NCBI GenBank assembly: GCA_051362555.1
Contig: CM120647.1
Span: forward strand, 16,964,651 to 17,028,650
Reading direction: 5' to 3'
Source: Lingula anatina
Taxonomy: Eukaryota; Animalia; Brachiopoda
DNA: 64,000 bases
The notes beneath the pieces are model-generated. The model was not told the DNA's origin. It ran no database searches and saw only the letters and a program-made list of their open reading frames with translations. Positions 52,193 to 64,000 of this stretch are shown here, piece by piece (position 1 is the first letter of the stretch; every line of letters begins with the position of its first letter). Made by a program: the position numbers and the translations under genes.

Positions 52193-52770
52193 ATGAATGA
52201 ATAAATATATTGCTCTAAGAAAGCGGTGGTAGAATCATCACTGTACCTTAGGTGCTTTGGCAAAGTAAACTTGTTTCTGATATCGGCTCGTTTCATTCCT
52301 GAATGGTAGCAGTCAATGGTCAGCACCAAAGCCCTGTAGCCACTCTGCTCAGCCCTACGTATAAGATCCTCCGTCTGTTTTTGGTTTTTAAAAACGTAGA
52401 GCTGAAACCAGCGCAGGCCATCTGGTGTGGCGTCGGCGACCGCTTCCATTGTGGAGGTAGCATATGTACTGAGGATCATGCAAGAACGCACTGACGCTGC
52501 AGCTAAAATATATTTTGGTACATGTAAACAAATAAATAAATACATGCATTTTTCATATGCGTGATGGTAATCGCTTTCCTTTGGAGATATCAAACGAATG
52601 ATACAATTCTAGCTTTTTGAATTCTAAGTTTAAATTCTAAACCTTCGCGGTTTAAAAAGAATCTTAGCATGTGGTCGGACAATGAAATCGCACTTAAATT
52701 TATATAAATCAGCGGCAGCAAACCACAAAAATCTACATCGTTTATAAAGCCTGCATAATAAACGGGTCAC

Positions 52771-52820
<50 letters not shown>

Positions 52821-53872
52821 TCTGGCTGTTGCCACTTCTCCGTCAGGGTGCGCCATGCGCTGTACGGCAGTTGGCGCGATGCCGACTGGGAAATCTACTG
52901 GCACGCCCTGTATGGTGGTGGCGAGATCTTGCGTGGAGACGTCTCGACGCAGAAACATTGGCCTCAGTCGATATCTAGATAAGTAACTTTGTTCTTTTAG
53001 AAATGAGCGAGGGGGTGTATTTATTTATCATTTGTGCGTTCTTTCCTGAATTTTTTAAAAAATTAATCAATTTCTTTTTCTTTTAATAAATTCCTTTCTT
53101 CTTTCATTTATATCGTTAATAACCCAATTCGTGAAATTGTGCTTTTTAAAGAGATGTTACTCCTTCGGGAAAACTCGCACTTGGTACATGTAGTAGACCA
53201 GAAATTTATTTAAAAAAATGCCGCAGCAAAATTGCACCTAGGGTTGACGGGTTCAGCCACTTGTGAGATATCTTTTCTAAAAAGGTGAACAGTGAGTTAA
53301 TAGCCATTTTCGAAGAAAAAAAAAATTTATCACGCCATTATGCGTTCACATAGCCACGTGATTTTAAACGGTTCAATACGCATCACTGCCCTGTGTCATA
53401 CCACCACTATTAACTGTACGTAGCTGTCAGTAATACTACACCATTCACTTACATGCCCGAATAGCCAGCAATTTCAAAAGGGTTATTCTTTTTCTGAAAA
53501 AATGGACCTTTTACCATGAAAATTTGGTGTACCTAGAAATCATTTTACCCAAAGGGGACCTCTTCCCGACAAAATGGGCGGTTCGTTCGACAACCCCCAT
53601 CCCGCCCGAACCCCCTGGCTACGGGCATGGTTTACCACATAGCAATTCTGATACTTCTACCTCTTGAAAGCGGCCCTGTTGTCCCCGAGAGTCTGTTGAT
53701 CATCGGCACCACTTCTATAGTGATCGTAGGCATTTTTAGTCATCTTTTTTAATGCAATTGCCTCTACGTCGTCCAGGCAAACCGGAATAGAGTCACCGTC
53801 TGCCATCTTGGCTTCCTCTACAGGTGCGCACGTAATTGAATCTTGTGAGGTCATTTCCATAGGTCGTGACAT
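49461..53872 (-). CDS. HAO1: FMN-dependent alpha-hydroxyacid oxidase (glycolate oxidase, HAO1/HAO2-like); 8 coding exons: ~53661-53872, ~52820-52975, ~52247-52503, ~51858-51994, 51038-51129, 50460-50618, 49874-49943, 49461-49534
   Basis: Motifs [69 protein letters not shown] (family signature) and [21 protein letters not shown]; C-terminal PKL is PTS1-like. The start codon is uncertain (53872 or 53806), and HAO1 versus HAO2 orthology is not resolved. Confidence 0.9.
51136..51345. repeat. Tandem duplication of ~108 bp in a HAO intron
   Basis: 'gacaa-atgatttaataaatg...atggatgtatcaatggatgaatct-ttaagaacaatataatatgca-aataaaa' occurs twice. Confidence 0.85.
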
Positions 53873-54330
53873 AGTTGTGGCTGAGACGGTAACTTGAGTA
53901 AATAGATAAGGAAAAATTAGCACTGTCGCCAAAATTACGCCGATCAATATCCCGTTTTAATTGAGTGTTCAAATTGATCAACAACCTCTAGTTTGGAATA
54001 AAACACCACGAGTATAAAACATATTTTATATCAAAATACATATATTAAATGTTACCAATTAACTAAACAAATCTTTAATTATGTCCCCCCTACCCCCCCC
54101 CCCCCTTCGTTTTCACCCTCGGTTTGGGGCACCAACTGTCATGTTGGTTTCCACATCTGTGACACTGGCCATTACTCTCTTAACGTACGCTCAGCCCACC
54201 CTGAGTTTGAAGAACTGACGCACACGGTCCCCGATACTGATTCAATATCAGTAAAAGCATTGATGTTGGCAAAGACAGCACCTACAAAGCGAAGTTAACT
54301 TGCAAAAAAAAAAAAAATAAAATAAAAAAA

Positions 54331-54366
<36 letters not shown>

Positions 54367-57300
54367 AATAAATAAATAAATAAATAAATAAATAAAATAA
54401 AAAAGATAAAAACTCCCTGTAATTGAAAGAGACCTAGGCTACTCTTAAAGAAGGGGAGAACAGCATTTTAAGTTTCAATTAAAGGGATTATAACTCTTCG
54501 TTTCGGCCAAAAAATGAATTTTCCTGGAGTAAACAGCAATTATCCCATACTAACCAATGGTTAATGAACCCATTTTTACATTCAAAGTTAGTACCTGGTT
54601 TTTTCTAAAAAGTTTGTTTTTTTGTTGAAATCTCTTAAGAGATTTTAACAGAGTATAGTCATCAATGGATGTCACATAGTCTAAGGACAAGCTCAGATAT
54701 CAGAATAATAGCTATAACTGCCGTTTTTTTTAATTATTATTATTATTTTATTTATTTATTTATTTATTTATTTTGGTAAAACAGAATATATTATATTTCT
54801 ATGAGTTATTCACAATGTTTTTATTGCGAAATATAGATCTTATACGAAGTTATTATCCCTTTAAGATTAAAGGTATTATTGAAGTGAATATAGTTTAGCG
54901 TTACACTATGAATAAAATAATTAATTAATTAATCAATAAATAAATGAATACATAAATCACTCAGCGCCTGAGATTCCGACACACTCGATTCTTGTCCATA
55001 ATTTATTCAGTTGATGTAATCCCCATGGCACACCCATCCATTGTTCTTTTTATCCAATACTTGCTGGACGCATTGCTCCCTTTAATGTTTTTCCGATACT
55101 AGGCCAAAATACCTTTGCGATTCTTTATTCAAGTCAGTCGCGATCGAATACAATGCGCGAAGCTTTTTGTAGGAACTGCTACCGCAATAATGTCAGACTC
55201 GTTTACCCTGTATTTGCCATTAAATCTCTCGCGCATGAAAGTAAACCGTGTCAAGGTCGAATAGCTGAGAAAGCGACGTGGGGGCCTTGAATGACTGCCG
55301 TGAGAGAACTCAGCATCCAGGGGGTTCGACGAGGTTTTTAAGCGGCGGGGAATATCTGGCAGAGCTGGAGGCCAAGCAGTAGGTCAATACTCGTACGTAC
55401 ACAATTAACTGTCTAGTGCAATCGACGTCGGTTGACTCACAAAGGATACCCGCATATGTTAACCTACATATATACATATACGTGTGTTCAAAGCATCACA
55501 GCATTAAGTAGGGGCCTATAACACGAATAACGTTAAACTGAAGACGCAATGGCGTTTTAAAACTAATTTCAACGAAACAAGCTTCGAGATTCCAAGATTC
55601 CATTAAGAGCTAGCCGATAAATGCACTGGTGTTACTAGAGCAGACTTTCGAATGAATTCACATATAGCTGTAGGGTCAAAACTGACCGGTAGGTCAAAAG
55701 CACGTACATATTTACTAGCTATCGATCATCGATTAGACTGAGCATGTCATGAGATCTCCGAAGTAAAATAAGGGGATGAACTACTCTTCCTCTCTATAGC
55801 CCCCTCTGTGCCCATTTGCGATATAATTTGTACCAAATCCTTGCTGGGTCATCAGACACGTAGCCTACGATATTCAATGTTTATGGTAATAGCAAAACAC
55901 ACATTAACCCTATGGAATGACCCCGAGGCCAGCCGTTATCATTGCGTCGTCCACATTTATTCAAGAGGCATAAAAAAAGTTATCGCTCAACTGAACTTAT
56001 AATATGAGTGATTCGGTTTTATTAATTGTTAGATCTAGCTAGTGCAAAGTGAGACCAGTGCGAATTATTCCAAAAGAAAAAAAAAATGACGTCACCTCCC
56101 AGCTGGCCTAGGATAGAGAGTATACGTAGGACATTACATCGGCTGATACCCCCCCCCCCCCCCCACACACACACACACGGGCGAGCGCGCTCGTGCATAC
56201 ACACGTAGTTCACCTCTTCTCTTCACATTCCTCTTCTCAGCTATTCAGGTTAAGTAGAAGGAAATGTCTATATCCTCCATAAGCCGCGTTTTGTTTTCTT
56301 AAATTTCATATGAGTCAGCACTGCCTAGATCTTTTTTAAAGCAACAGAGCCTTTATATTGATCCATGAATCCTGCATGATCTGGTGAAGGTAAATATCAG
56401 AATATTAGTCTCCATATATTGGTTAACTGAGGTATTTAATGCATGCTGTTATGTGTATTCTAAGATGTATCAGTGATGTGGACGTGTAGGTGTATATATG
56501 CGTTGTTGTAAACTCCCCTAATTCCATGACCTCATAAAAAAAAGTATACCACACCCCTCCCTCATTTTCCTCCCGAGCTAACATTTCGGCCTATAGATTG
56601 GAAATGTGCCCATGCTGTCAACACGCTCAATTAGCTTTTACAGTTAGAACACTTTCAGATCCCTGTATGGCAAATATTACAGGACAAAACATGTATCGCT
56701 TAAAACGAGTTACATGTAACACCACTGAGAAAAACCAAATCCACACTCGACATAGATATAACCCTAACACTGCTTGCTCTTAAATGATAGATAAGAAAAG
56801 TAAGCAATCAGGAAAAGTTCGCTCCAGTGACCTGTGCTCTTCTTGGTCATCCCGTCTCCGCTCCCTCCCTCTTATCGCGACAAAATAACGTCGATTTTCT
56901 CCTAGTGCGATAGCCCAAACATAGCCAAACAACGGCGTGTATTCAGCGAAGAGCTTTGAAGGGGCGCTGAGAAAAAGTGAGTACAAAGGTATGCGTCTGA
57001 AGGGGTGCGTTCTAATAGTTGTTGCGTAACGACGACATTAAGGGTGTTTTGACTTGTTATTGCTACGGCGTGCATTATTTAAAAATGGTCGGCGAGGAAG
57101 AAAAAAAGGGGGAGGGGTCACCTCTTAACGAGTGCAGACAACAGCCGAGACAAGACCACTTACATATTTTATGGTGTATTACCTATACTCAGGTAAAGTG
57201 CCATGATTTTTCTCATAGAGTAGCGCTTTCGATCAATCAGTGCCAAAATTAAAAGGACCATTAAGGCTTAGGTTAAAGATCCAAGGTAAGAATGGGAGAT

Positions 57301-58203
57301 CGGTTTCTTGTTAAGATATAATTATTACTCTGCGTAGAAGCTAGGACTGAACTTTCCTAGAAATGAACTTCCTTGTGTAAATAACTAAGTGTAATATGAA
57401 ATAATATGACATAACGTGAAGTGACGTAACTCAACGTAACGCAACGCAGCGTAACGTAACGTCACGTCACGTCACGTAACATAACATGATATTACATAAC
57501 ATAACATAATGTCATTTTTAACAAGATTATCTAAACAAGATTATCTACAATTGTTTTTCTTATTCAACATACAGGTGATTTATGTCAAATACATGTAGCA
57601 AGGCACTGCCCCCCACCCCACCCCCCACCCACCCCCACCTACTAAACGGTCAGCGAAATGACCCGTCTGTACCATTGACCATGATCATGTGTACACAAGT
57701 ATGCACAATGACTTTGACAGTGTTTCCAAAGCCAATACATACACATACACTACCTCCTCTTGACATTAATTATACATTATACCCTTCAGGCCATTTAGGA
57801 CGCTACAATTAAGCATTTGCAAACTGACCTTTTTCAGTGTAACCTATTAATACATGAAAATGTATTTCGGTTAATCACCTTTACAGGCCTTGCTTGGTAG
57901 TGCGCGCTTTTTTTAACACTCTGTGAAGACTTAATGTTTATTATTCTAGACACGTTGAATCACAACACGCTTATTTTGCAATGCATCAGAAGCATTGCTT
58001 AGATTAAGACTGGTCGTTCGGTTGTCTCTATTGGATGTAACTGTACTGTATCTGCTCCGGCAAAATACGTAGCACTACATGCTCGTCAGTGTAACAGTAG
58101 GCCTATGTTAAGATCTATATATATAGAATTCGTATACACCGTTTAGAGTTGTTGTTTTAACGGTGACATTCCTTACGTTTCAGGGTAGATTTAGACGAGG
58201 GAG

Positions 58204-61200
58204 ATGGCACAGAGAGAGGCTGGGTTCGACCACTGGGCCGACTACGTGACCCTTGCTATATACTTCTTGGTGGTTTTCTCCGTGGGGATATGGGTGAGTT
58301 TACTATCGTACGTCTAAACTGGGCTTGACTTCTCGAATCTCCTGTTGCGACGCCGGAGTTGTGATGTGGTTACTGACAGAATATGGTCGATATATTTGTG
58401 TTGACATGTGCTGAAAATCACGTGTACAGGGAGGCTTGGTTGAACTGGGCTGCACTGGACTGTTAATAGGTCGATGGCAATGTTGCGTCACCAGACGATC
58501 ACACGCATGTGCTGAAACAAGCACACACGCCTACACACACGCAAACAAGAGCACACACGCACACATACATATTTTTTAAAATATGGTTGTCAGGTCTGAC
58601 ATTTTCTTTGTCAAGAATGATGGTCGCGTGCACTTGACCTTGAGACAGCCTTTTAAGTCTGTGTTACATCAACTATGATCGTCGTCCGAAATGGCGGACC
58701 CAGGCATGTACTGGGAGATGGGGGGGGGGGGGGGGGGGTTAGAGGTTTCCATCCTCACCTGGCTCGGCAAACATAATACATATTTTAATATGTAAATACA
58801 GACACGTTTACTGAAGAGATACATTTAATCACTGCATATAGATAGGAAAAGTCAAAGAGATCCAGTGGCTTTATCTCATTTCACTCCAGTTTTTGAGGGG
58901 GGGGGGGAACAGGGGTACGTCAGAGGCTAATGGGGGGGTGGGGTGGAACAGGGGTACGTCAGAGGCTAATGGGGGGGGAGGGGGTGGAACAGGGGTACGT
59001 CAGAGGCTAATGGGGGGGAGGGGCGGAACAGGGGTACGTCAGAGGTTAATGGACGGTAACGCTATGGTAATGTCCCCGTCTGCAGATCGATTTTCCATTA
59101 GAAACTGATCGGTTAGCTTCTACGGCACACCACGCGCTTTTCTGTGATTAAGACTATTATAGTGCTTCTAAGATTATATTTATAGTGGCGTTCCGTGCTA
59201 TATATAGTTTATTTGAAGAAATAATGATCTAAGTTATGTTATTCTTAACGACATTGGTATGTTTTATTGGTTGTATATTGGATATTTGCCATTCCATCGA
59301 GGGTTTTTATTCCAATTTATTGTTATTGTTGCAACTTTTTATTTCTCACGCAGGTTTTTTACGCACCATGACATTCGAGTCGTGCGTAAGCATATAAGCG
59401 TTTTGTGTTCGCAATTGTGTGAGCTCGTGACCTTGGATCATTGTGGTCAAATGCGCGTGCACTCGTACTCTGTGTGACAGGCGTATTATAAGAGTACCTG
59501 TCGAGTGCACAGCAGATCGCGTACGTAGAAATACGTGAGTACACAGGCGCCCCATGCACATGTCTTTGCAGAACACAGACTCAGTGACTTCTCATTTACA
59601 AACGTGCACGTTGGCACAGACACACACACACACGCACACTCACCACTCTTTCGCATAACACACATAAACACACTAAAACGGCAGCTCACGCACAAACACG
59701 CCCCATGAGCATTTCTTGCAGTACATACGTCATGTACATCAGCACGTGCTGATAACCAATGTTCAATTGGTCGCATCTTGACTCGTGAAACATCGTAGAA
59801 ACTCGACTACTATAATTATGTACATGAACATGAACATGGTGCATAGGAATAGGAACATCTGCGACTGGCTGAGCCGTTTACTACACCCGTATAAGTATTT
59901 ATATTGGAATGAATGGATGAGACTTCTAATCTAAGTATTATTAATGCATACCGCGTTTTTTTATACACTGGAGAAGGAGGTCATTTGCAAAGAGTTTGCG
60001 TGCAAATAATTCAACAGATATGGTTAGTCTGAAATAGGCGAATGATAAATATACTTTAACTTGTATCTGGTTATATAACCATTCGTAAACAAGCCATGTC
60101 TTTACTCGTTGATCTCCTCATTGTATACATGTATAGCAACAAAAATGTATTGATGTCAATTATAGATAGGAAAAATGATTATATATGCATTTTTTATTAT
60201 TGTTTCATTTCGTTCTATCAGTCCATCAGATTTTCGAATAATTTAATTAATGAACACATTCGAGATTGAAAGCGAGATCTTTAGGTGCATCTGTAGAACA
60301 CCTTTTTTAAAAGTTCATGTAAAATATCTAGTTTATGTCACTTTAATGGGAGATCTCGTTACACGGCTTACTTCCGTTTTAACTTGGCCCATGACAGTGT
60401 TTTTGCATGCTAGGGATCAAACAATATGCAAAACTACATCTCCTGAGTCATCAGTGTGATTTACGTCCCATTTTATACGTAACTCAAAATCAATACTACG
60501 CTCATAATTTGCGGTCCATGCGGTATAAATTATTACATCTTACGTTACTGAGCAGCCATACATTTCACACGGCTGAGAATAATATGACTTACAAAATGCA
60601 TATATTAACTGGCTTATTTTAGGATAGGTACGAAAGTATACTAGTACGTGCATCCATTATCACATATCTAAGTAATAAAAATGATTGACACTATAGAGAA
60701 CAATGATATCGCATCATTTAAACTAGGGTAACAAGCTATTAATGTACCCAGTAATTATTATTATTCTTATTATTATTATTAGCCCATTCTGACTCTCCCT
60801 GAAAAGTTTCTCAAAATCCACCTTTTCCTTTTTGAGTTGGGCTGTTAACTTTCACACCATCAAAACATCAAAAGCAAAAACTGAACTTCACTGACGTAAG
60901 TAAAAATTCAATGGAGGCGTTCATCAGAAGAGGGTAAAAATCGGGACGTCTTGCAAACAGTGGGTCCATCACCATTGAACGTTTGAACTTTTACTGATTA
61001 GATAGCCAGTGATGGTGCAAAAGGCAGTCTCGACCCAGCCGTATTCTTGTCGGTTTTAAGAAAGTTGTTTTAGCTTTCTTTCCTGAAAGAGATCCTTGGT
61101 TTCCGCGGCACCACTGTATGTCATATAGGCATGGGTGTCCTACCAATGTAGTGATAAAATGTCATTTCATTTATAAGTTTTACGGGGTCTAGGTCATTGG

Positions 61201-62134
61201 ACAGCTGACTCATGCGAAATGTACATATAATTTGCATTTTTACAACATTTTAATATTAAAATATATGTATGTGGTGAATACATGTACAAGTTGATTTCCA
61301 CGCCATTGTACTTACTTAGCATATGAGTGTTGTCTAAACATTAATGCCAGAAAAGTATTTAGTCATGTAATCGCCTCTTTCCTGTCCCATATGAATTCAT
61401 CGGTAGTGATGTTTACAAATGTAAAGAATCATACTTTTATATTTCTTGCTTATCATTCGTTACACTCAATCCATCCGGTTTTACAGAGGTGTTTTTATAA
61501 TGATTATTTTTTATCTTCAGTCTATTTTCAGATCTAAAAGAAATACGGTGTTCGATTTCTTCCTTGCGGGTCGCAGTCTGCCTTGGTGGCCTGTAAGTGA
61601 CATATTGGGCATTTTCTGACTGGCATTATGGGCATTTTTAGAGTGGCATATGGGCATTTTCCCAAAAAGCAGACACTCTTGAGTTAATTTATGAAACCCG
61701 AGCAGCACCTAGAAACTAGTGTAAAATGTCATTCAATGATATAAATATATATGTAAAATACACCTTCCTATTACTAATTAAATGTGATTGATGCGAGGAA
61801 GCTTTAAATCTTACTTTCATATTCTTCTGATTTATCCTCTTGAAATGGCATTAGATTGTTATCATTAATAAATGTAAAGCAATTCAACTTATTTATAAAC
61901 TTATTCATTTTTAAAAGAGAAACCGCAATAAGTCATTTTTTTTTTTTAATTTCGTCGTTGAAATATCTCAAACTTTCCCTTTGTCTTACAGATTGGCCTG
62001 TCTATCTTCGCCAGCAACATTGGTAGCGAACATTTCATTGGCCAGGCTGGAACTGCAGCAGTCACAGGGGTCGCTGTGGTCGTTTTCGAGTGGAACGTAA
62101 GGAGGCTCTCTCTCTTCTTGATTTTCTTCTTCTA

Positions 62135-62187
<53 letters not shown>

Positions 62188-63669
62188 GGGGGGGGGGGTA
62201 TTTCGTTTTTATTTTCTTTACTCTTCACTATTTTATTTTTAAAGATGCATATTAAGAGAGTTGACATGCCAAATTATTGTCACTAAATACCAAATACCAT
62301 CACATATAGTTTCAAAAGGTATAACTAAAAAAATACCACAGAGTTTCCTTACCACCAGAAATCTGAAGAAAATCCAGTTTCAAAACATTACCTTTATATT
62401 TGGCTTACTTTTTTGGACTTTTTTTAAATTTGTATGCGGTACAGGGAGTGTACACAGCTATACTAGTACTCCGGCTTAATTGCTGTGCGTCTTTTATCTA
62501 TAGAAATATTTGTTCTCTGATGCTGTGGATACATTTTCATCACATGTATTATATTTTATAGGCTATACCATGTCTGCTTGCCCTGGGCTGGATATTCCTC
62601 CCAGTCTATATCGCTACTGGGGTAAGTATCATTACTTAAGGGAGCTGCTTCCATAGGCTGCATTCAGAAAAGTGGACTAACTAGTCCGCGGGTCAAATAT
62701 GGCGACCCACTAAAAAGCTTGCCGTCTAATCCGCTAATAGACACTGAATAGATTCCCCTTGGGGAAGTAGGCCTATTCAAGTGGGTCGGCCATATTTGGC
62801 CATCGGACTAGTCACTCCACTGATTTGAATGCGGACTTAGAGGATATACAGAATGAGAAGAGCCAAGTGCTAGCTAGGCCACGACCTAAATATGGCAGAC
62901 CTACATGAAAGGAAGACTGCTTAATCCTGTAATGGTCTCTCTGCCTCTCACACTCCTCCCCACGCGTCCTCCCTGCAGGGGCACAGTAATTAAATCTCGG
63001 CTCAATTCAACCGGTCGAGGGACCACGCGTGGGGAGGCGTGTGAGAGGCGAAGAGACCACTACATTCATCAAAAATCACTTCTAAGTCGCCAACATATTA
63101 AATGGCATTTTCTTATGAAATTAAGATTGAAGCAAACACGAATATACGAGAAACTACACTTTAAAGTATAGAGTACAGATGAAAAATGTTCCAGATAGTT
63201 AGATCTATAGTTCATGTTTCTATCACCTGAACTGTGGTCTATTTGCAAAACTTTGAAAGTGGAAAACTATGTGGCGCAAATGACCACTCTCAACGTCTTA
63301 GTGGGTATCCAACAAAAAGACCTTATCCTTATTCTGGGCATATAAGTATTTATGAAGACAATTTGAATGAAATAATAATGAAAAAAGTAAAACTGTCTCC
63401 ATACATTTGTTTGCCAGCGTGTACAGACCAAGGGAGATTATGACACAGAGTTATGAAATATCATCTGGCTTGTTCTAGCCATATTCTTTTATGATGAATA
63501 TAATAAATATGCAGGAGACTGTTGATTTACAATGTACATATTTATTTATATCCTTCATTGCCAGGTATATACTATGCCAGAGTATCTGAACAGGCGATAT
63601 GGAGGCCAAAGACTGAGGATATACCTCACCGCGGTGACCTTGATCATCTTCATCTTCAACCATATATCG
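58204..63669 (+). CDS. SLC5 sodium:solute symporter (SGLT/SMIT-like), 5' part; exons 58204-58293, 61521-61592, 61992-62096, 62562-62621, 63565-63669; continues past the window
   Basis: [30 protein letters not shown]|[24 protein letters not shown]|[27 protein letters not shown]|[20 protein letters not shown]|[21 protein letters not shown]. These are classic SGLT motifs in phase-0 exons. Confidence 0.93.
58897..59052. repeat. G-rich minisatellite, four units of ~39-42 bp
   Basis: Repeated 'ggaacaggggtacgtcagaggctaatgggggg' with variable G spacers. Confidence 0.9.
62656..62836. mobile_element. Harbinger-like MITE, same family as 33082-33870
   Basis: Imperfect TIRs ggctgcattca..agtggactaactagtcc / ggactagtcactccact..tgaatgc. 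Confidence 0.7.
62933..63059. mobile_element. Small MITE or hairpin element
   Basis: tggtctct..gcctctcacac..cctccccacgcg is inverted with cgcgtggggaggcgtgtgagaggc..agagacca. Confidence 0.6.
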
Positions 63670-64000
63670 GTACGTTATCTATCTTCACAGTCGGAGGCAT
63701 CCAAGGTTTTATTCACTGAGAGAAAAAAATGGTGGAGACAATGAATGAACTATTTAAATATGAACTGCTTCGTGGTTCATGACCAAGGTTAAGCATCTTA
63801 TATATATATATACACCAATCTTTCCGTGATTGAGCACTTCTGTGCCTGTCGTAGGCCTATAAATTAAACGTGGGCCTGCGTCTGCATTCTCGACGAGGAA
63901 TAATTCTTGCCTTTGACAAGTCAAAGGTTCAAATATGTTACACCCACTTGCCTTTTGCTGTATATATTTGAATTCAGGACTTATTGTTCTTTTTTAGCGA

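Noticed and set aside
57405-57510. (ACGTA/ACGTC/ACATA)n array as a cluster of regulatory sites
   Set aside because: More simply a degenerate pentanucleotide microsatellite.
58897-59052. CRISPR-like repeat-spacer array
   Set aside because: The spacers are just G runs, the context is eukaryotic and no cas genes are present.
59346-59776. Cys-rich minus-strand ORFs
   Set aside because: Produced by CA/GT-rich low-complexity intron sequence.

Overview
AT-rich, intron-rich animal genomic DNA, probably from a marine invertebrate (inference only). Most of the supplied short ORFs are noise, so I built gene models by hand from GT-AG junctions and codon phases. Left to right: (1) a long single exon encoding the C-terminal half of an NB-ARC/STAND domain plus many TPRs (3.6-6.9 kb); (2) a 4-exon secreted fibrinogen-domain protein (11.0-12.7 kb); (3) a 17-exon, ~698-aa secreted protein made of a Sib/'integrin-beta-like' N-terminal domain, one EGF and a Cys-rich tail with exon order B'-C'-A-B-C-D (17.9-31.3 kb); (4) four tandem small genes (34.0-47.5 kb) built only from exons A-B-C-D of that tail, each behind a shared promoter-like block and a 4-nt ATG-G coding exon, with no signal peptide; (5) a minus-strand hydroxyacid oxidase (49.5-53.9 kb) divergent from an SLC5 sodium:solute symporter (58.2 kb to beyond the window). 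The most unusual system is the array in (3) and (4): a fixed 12-Cys scaffold with variable hydrophobic loops, a near-invariant last exon and phase-compatible cassettes. Other highlights: a Penelope-like retroelement carrying three minimal hammerhead ribozyme motifs in the intron joining the two halves of the long gene, a ~650-bp MITE-centred palindrome just after the stop of copy 3, and many MITEs, some nested.
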